IMG/VR virus record: IMGVR_UViG_3300020463_000007
Location: 91,566 to 155,565 of that record
Reading direction: 5' to 3' (one strand)
Source: a virus
DNA: 64,000 nt
Under the pieces are notes generated by a model, which was not told the origin of the DNA, did not search any database, and was given only the letters and a program-made list of their open reading frames with translations. Shown here piece by piece: positions 60,700 to 64,000 of this stretch. Numbering within the stretch: position 1 is the first letter of the stretch; each line of letters begins with the position of its first letter. Made by a program: the position numbers and the translations under genes.

Positions 60700-61489
60700 T
60701 GAACCTATAAGGCCTAGAAAAACAAAAGGACAACAACCTAAAATTCGTAAACAGATTTTTAACGAACCTCACACTATAGATCTATGGAATGGTAAGGATA
60801 CTGAAGAAAATAGTAAACCTTGGGTAGGCGGAAGAGGTCGTGATTTATTTACTGCACACGTTGCTCAAAAAGAAGCCGTTAAAAAACATATAGAATATAG
60901 ATGGAATAGTTTAGGACTCAGGGGACCTGAACCAAATTACAAAGCAAATAAAAAAATTATATTTGGTGGCGGAAGTTTATGTTTAGGAAATGGTGTAAAT
61001 GTAGAAGAAAGTTTTCCCCACATTGTTGCAACAAGTTTAAATGCATCTTATATGAATTTAAGTCCAGCTGATACTCTAACTGATCTTATAGACCCATTAA
61101 TAGAATTTAAAAACTTTGAACCCGATTATATTATTTTAAATGACACAAGATTCTTTCAAAATTATGGTTGGGCATTACGTCAAATATATAAAATGAAAAA
61201 ATTAGAACAAGATGAAGGTTATAAAAAACATTTTACTAATTCTGATATAGATTGTTTAAAATTATTTGACTACTTTTTAAAAGGTTTGTTTCCGAATGCA
61301 AAATTTATTCTTGCATATTGTGAAAGGAGAGCATGGAAATCTATAATTCCAAACTTGAATAATATATATAAAGTACCGTTTGAAGCAAAAGAAACTGTAG
61401 TTGATTTAGCAAGAGATGGATTTCATCCAGGAGTTGAATCACACAAAATTATGGCAGAAATGATTCTAAAAGGAATAAACAATGTATGA
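60692..61489 (+). CDS. SGNH/GDSL hydrolase-like protein
   Basis: NSLGLRG, GGSLCLG (block I Ser), RDGFHPG (DxxH). Confidence 0.65.
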   Translation: MSDEPIRPRKTKGQQPKIRKQIFNEPHTIDLWNGKDTEENSKPWVGGRGRDLFTAHVAQKEAVKKHIEYRWNSLGLRGPEPNYKANKKIIFGGGSLCLGNGVNVEESFPHIVATSLNASYMNLSPADTLTDLIDPLIEFKNFEPDYIILNDTRFFQNYGWALRQIYKMKKLEQDEGYKKHFTNSDIDCLKLFDYFLKGLFPNAKFILAYCERRAWKSIIPNLNNIYKVPFEAKETVVDLARDGFHPGVESHKIMAEMILKGINNV

Positions 61490-62216
61490 AGATTACACAG
61501 GTAAAGATTTAATAATAGCAACAGGTGCTCCAGGAAGCAGATGGAGTGGAACATTGCGTATGATAACATGTAATACAGATATTAATATATCTGACGAAAC
61601 ACCTGATAGGATATATGATCATATAGCAGTCAATCCTAAAACAGGAGCAGAACAAGCTAGAGGATGGCATAGAGGAGCATATTGGGGACCTGATCATGAA
61701 TTTGGAAGCAAGTTTGATGTTATTAACACACTAACTAAAGAAGAAATTGTAGAAGAATTTAAAAAACCATTTGGAAATTGGGAACCTGGCAAAAAAATAA
61801 TTAAAAGCCATTGGTTTGCTTATCATCTGCCATTTCTAAAAGAAATGTTTCCAGATGCTAAGTTTATAGGTGTACAGCGTAGTAACACTGGCTGTTTTGA
61901 ATGGTGGCATGTGTGCGGCGGTTGGGACATTTCATATCCGCATTACTTTTGGTATAAGGACGATGATCGTATGCGTGAACAAATAGCTAAAGAAAATGCT
62001 TGCATTACACAGTTTTTCCCAGACAGGAAAAATCATACCATTGAAGAAATATTTTTAGCATTAGGTCTTCCTAATAAAATAGTTAAGTATAAAGAGTTTC
62101 TTGAAAGAGATGACAAACTTGCAGAAGTATTAGATGATAAAAATAGTGCAAAAAGTGATGACTATCGTCCAGCTTTAGACTTTGTTGTAGGCAAAGTTTT
62201 AACAGGTATTCTGTAA
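61482..62216 (+). CDS. Sulfotransferase-fold protein (paralogue 2)
   Basis: ATGAPGSRWS, HRGAYWGP, IIKSHWF, FPDAKFIGVQR; paralogous to 59012-59719. Confidence 0.6.
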   Translation: MYEDYTGKDLIIATGAPGSRWSGTLRMITCNTDINISDETPDRIYDHIAVNPKTGAEQARGWHRGAYWGPDHEFGSKFDVINTLTKEEIVEEFKKPFGNWEPGKKIIKSHWFAYHLPFLKEMFPDAKFIGVQRSNTGCFEWWHVCGGWDISYPHYFWYKDDDRMREQIAKENACITQFFPDRKNHTIEEIFLALGLPNKIVKYKEFLERDDKLAEVLDDKNSAKSDDYRPALDFVVGKVLTGIL

Positions 62217-62936
62217 TCGTTCTTTATAATATAAGATAGGAAAATAACCTAGTTGCGGCATCTTATAATGTAAGTGTACCTTATCTCCTGTAGAAAACCA
62301 ATCATCGTGTATACAAATATCACCTTTAACAAGTAATTCGTCTGTCTTGTAATCAATTTGATAACAACAATTTAAATTTTCACCCATTATAGGTAAACCA
62401 CCAGGCGCCCATTCTGCATGTCTATCAACATACTTTAATGTTTCAAAAGTTGTGTTTATTGCACATGGACCTATTTCGCTCATACCCCAATTAGCTATTA
62501 CTGTTGCACCTTTGCTAACAAATTTACGAATGTGATCCCATGGAATAATATCACTGCCCATTGCAATAACTTTACCGTTAAAATTAGCATCTTTAAAACC
62601 TTTTGTTTTTATTAATGCTTCACACATTGCTGGGGGCAAAAAAGTATGTGTATATTTTTCAAAGTCTTTAATAAAACTAAAAGGATTAAATTTTGTTATA
62701 AAAATATCACAACCTAATGTATATGCAGGTAAACTCTGTAAAAGTAAACCTCCTGCATGAGTCATTCTTGTACATGTAAATATTTTGCTTTGTGATGTAA
62801 TATATTGATCTTTTATAGCGACAGAATTACATGCTTCTAAATTTTTTGGACTACGAAATATCTGTTTAGGTGTGCCTGTGGTCCCACTACTTGATATAGT
62901 GCAACCTTCTTTTAATATTTTTTTGAAGTCTGTCAT
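62199..62936 (-). CDS. Truncated adenylate-forming (ANL/AMP-binding) enzyme
   Basis: SSGTTGTPK P-loop, THAGG, WGMSE, ELLVKG, WFSTGD; only 245 aa. Confidence 0.8.
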   Translation of the reverse strand: MTDFKKILKEGCTISSSGTTGTPKQIFRSPKNLEACNSVAIKDQYITSQSKIFTCTRMTHAGGLLLQSLPAYTLGCDIFITKFNPFSFIKDFEKYTHTFLPPAMCEALIKTKGFKDANFNGKVIAMGSDIIPWDHIRKFVSKGATVIANWGMSEIGPCAINTTFETLKYVDRHAEWAPGGLPIMGENLNCCYQIDYKTDELLVKGDICIHDDWFSTGDKVHLHYKMPQLGYFPILYYKERLQNTC

Positions 62937-63769
62937 AATTCAGTAGCATACTCAGTTTTTTTCTTTTCATATTGTGCAATTAAAAATTCTGTGACTACAC
63001 CTGTTTTATCAGTTGCTGTAATACCACCACTTGAACTAGTAATAAAAACTTCATCAGCAGATTCAAAAAAATCTGCACTTATAGGCATGCGTTTGAATGT
63101 AGAACCATTTTCATTTGCAATGTCTTCAACAACACTCATTGTTATACCTTTGAGTACATTTTTATCAGATGTCATTATAATTTTATCTTTAACAATACCA
63201 ACATTAAATCCAGGACCTTCAGTTATAAATCCGTTAGTGTCAACTAAAACAGTTGTGTCATAATTACTTGGCTTGTTACGCTGACTCATTGTAAGTTCAA
63301 TCCAAGCCATATTTTTATATGTCTGCCCATAATAATCATCATTTACACGTTTTGTATCTCTATCTAAAAATAGTTTTACTTGTGGTGTACTTGCTATAGG
63401 GTAACTTGGTTTTATGTACATTGCAAAATTTACAGGGCAATTTTCTAAGTCTCTTGGATTTCCACTAGGTGGATAACCACGCCATATTAAAAACCATACA
63501 AATGCATTTTCAATAGGATTGCGTTTAGCTAATTCTTTAATAATCTTTAGAGGATCTACGTCTGGAATTGCAAGGCCGTATCTTTCTGCACTATTCTTAA
63601 ATCTTTGTAAATGTCTTTCATAACAAAATGCTTTGCCGTTATATACTGGCATTACATCATATGTTGCATCGCAATGAATAAATCCAAAATCTAAAATTGT
63701 TGGACCTATTTGTCCTAACGGCTTATATTCTCCATTTTTATATGCTATTAAATCTAATACATTAGTCAT
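62933..63769 (-). CDS. PLP-dependent class IV aminotransferase (BCAT/DAAT/ADC-lyase fold)
   Basis: DFGFIHCDATYD, HLQRF..SA, catalytic Lys in TYKNM, ITEGPGFN, LKGIT, ADEVFITSS. Confidence 0.9.
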   Translation of the reverse strand: MTNVLDLIAYKNGEYKPLGQIGPTILDFGFIHCDATYDVMPVYNGKAFCYERHLQRFKNSAERYGLAIPDVDPLKIIKELAKRNPIENAFVWFLIWRGYPPSGNPRDLENCPVNFAMYIKPSYPIASTPQVKLFLDRDTKRVNDDYYGQTYKNMAWIELTMSQRNKPSNYDTTVLVDTNGFITEGPGFNVGIVKDKIIMTSDKNVLKGITMSVVEDIANENGSTFKRMPISADFFESADEVFITSSSGGITATDKTGVVTEFLIAQYEKKKTEYATEL

Positions 63770-64000
63770 CAAACTTTACCTTTTTAAGTTGTGGATCATC
63801 TGGTAATTTTTTCTTTAATTCTTTTAATCTGTTTATACGCCATTCTAATAATTTAAAATCAAGTATCCAAGGAAAAAAAGCATGTATCAAACTGCCTAAG
63901 CATACAAAAAGCAAGAAAAAGAATTCGTTTATTGCGAGCCTGAAGTGCCAAAAATAACCAGCATCGGGTCTACCTGCTTTTGTTTTTGCTTCATTTAAAT
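63762..64000 (-). CDS. DUF6356-like small protein, start outside the window
   Basis: Not in the ORF track. Manual translation: LNEAKTKAGRPDAGYFWHFRLAINEFFFLLFVCLGSLIHAFFPWILD...KVKFDD*; Y-x-x-H...IHAFFP as in 51133-51378. Confidence 0.6.
   Translation of the reverse strand, partial: LNEAKTKAGRPDAGYFWHFRLAINEFFFLLFVCLGSLIHAFFPWILDFKLLEWRINRLKELKKKLPDDPQLKKVKFDD

Noticed and set aside
1-64000. Alternative genetic code (TAG/TGA recoding), as in some large phages
   Set aside because: Genes are full length and tightly packed under code 11, including a 5186-aa ORF; TAG and TGA end bona fide genes.
49780-64000. Host chromosome flanking a prophage
   Set aside because: No integrase, att site or housekeeping genes; gene packing, AT richness and TAAATA motifs continue from the phage modules. 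Chimerism cannot be fully excluded without reads.

Overview
AT-rich fragment of a large, probably jumbo, T4-related myovirus genome, read in the standard genetic code. I saw no tRNA, rRNA, CRISPR array or IS element. (1) 1-4223, minus strand: a gp55-like late sigma factor, gp47/gp46 (Mre11/Rad50) recombination nuclease and a truncated GIY-YIG gene, with near-consensus sigma70 promoters. (2) 4303-37515, plus strand: a contractile-tail baseplate and fibre module (gp53-, gp5-, PAAR-, gp25- and gp6-like genes, a 5186-aa mosaic protein, three paralogous fibres, two paralogous virion proteins). TAAATA late-promoter motifs precede several of these genes. (3) 37583-49778: five glycosyltransferase-like genes, four radical SAM genes with twitch/SPASM-type domains and a methyltransferase. 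(4) 49780-64000: an enzyme and transport island with a TctA/TctC tripartite tricarboxylate transporter, a minimal nucleotidyltransferase plus APS kinase (candidate PAPS supply), three sulfotransferase-fold proteins, four Fe(II)/2OG-type oxygenases, methyltransferases (one with an ACP-like N-terminus), an SGNH protein, a truncated adenylate-forming enzyme and a class IV aminotransferase. This last island, a candidate phage-encoded import-activate-tailor-sulfate pathway, is the best candidate for an undescribed system. All product calls come from motif recognition by eye; no searches were run.
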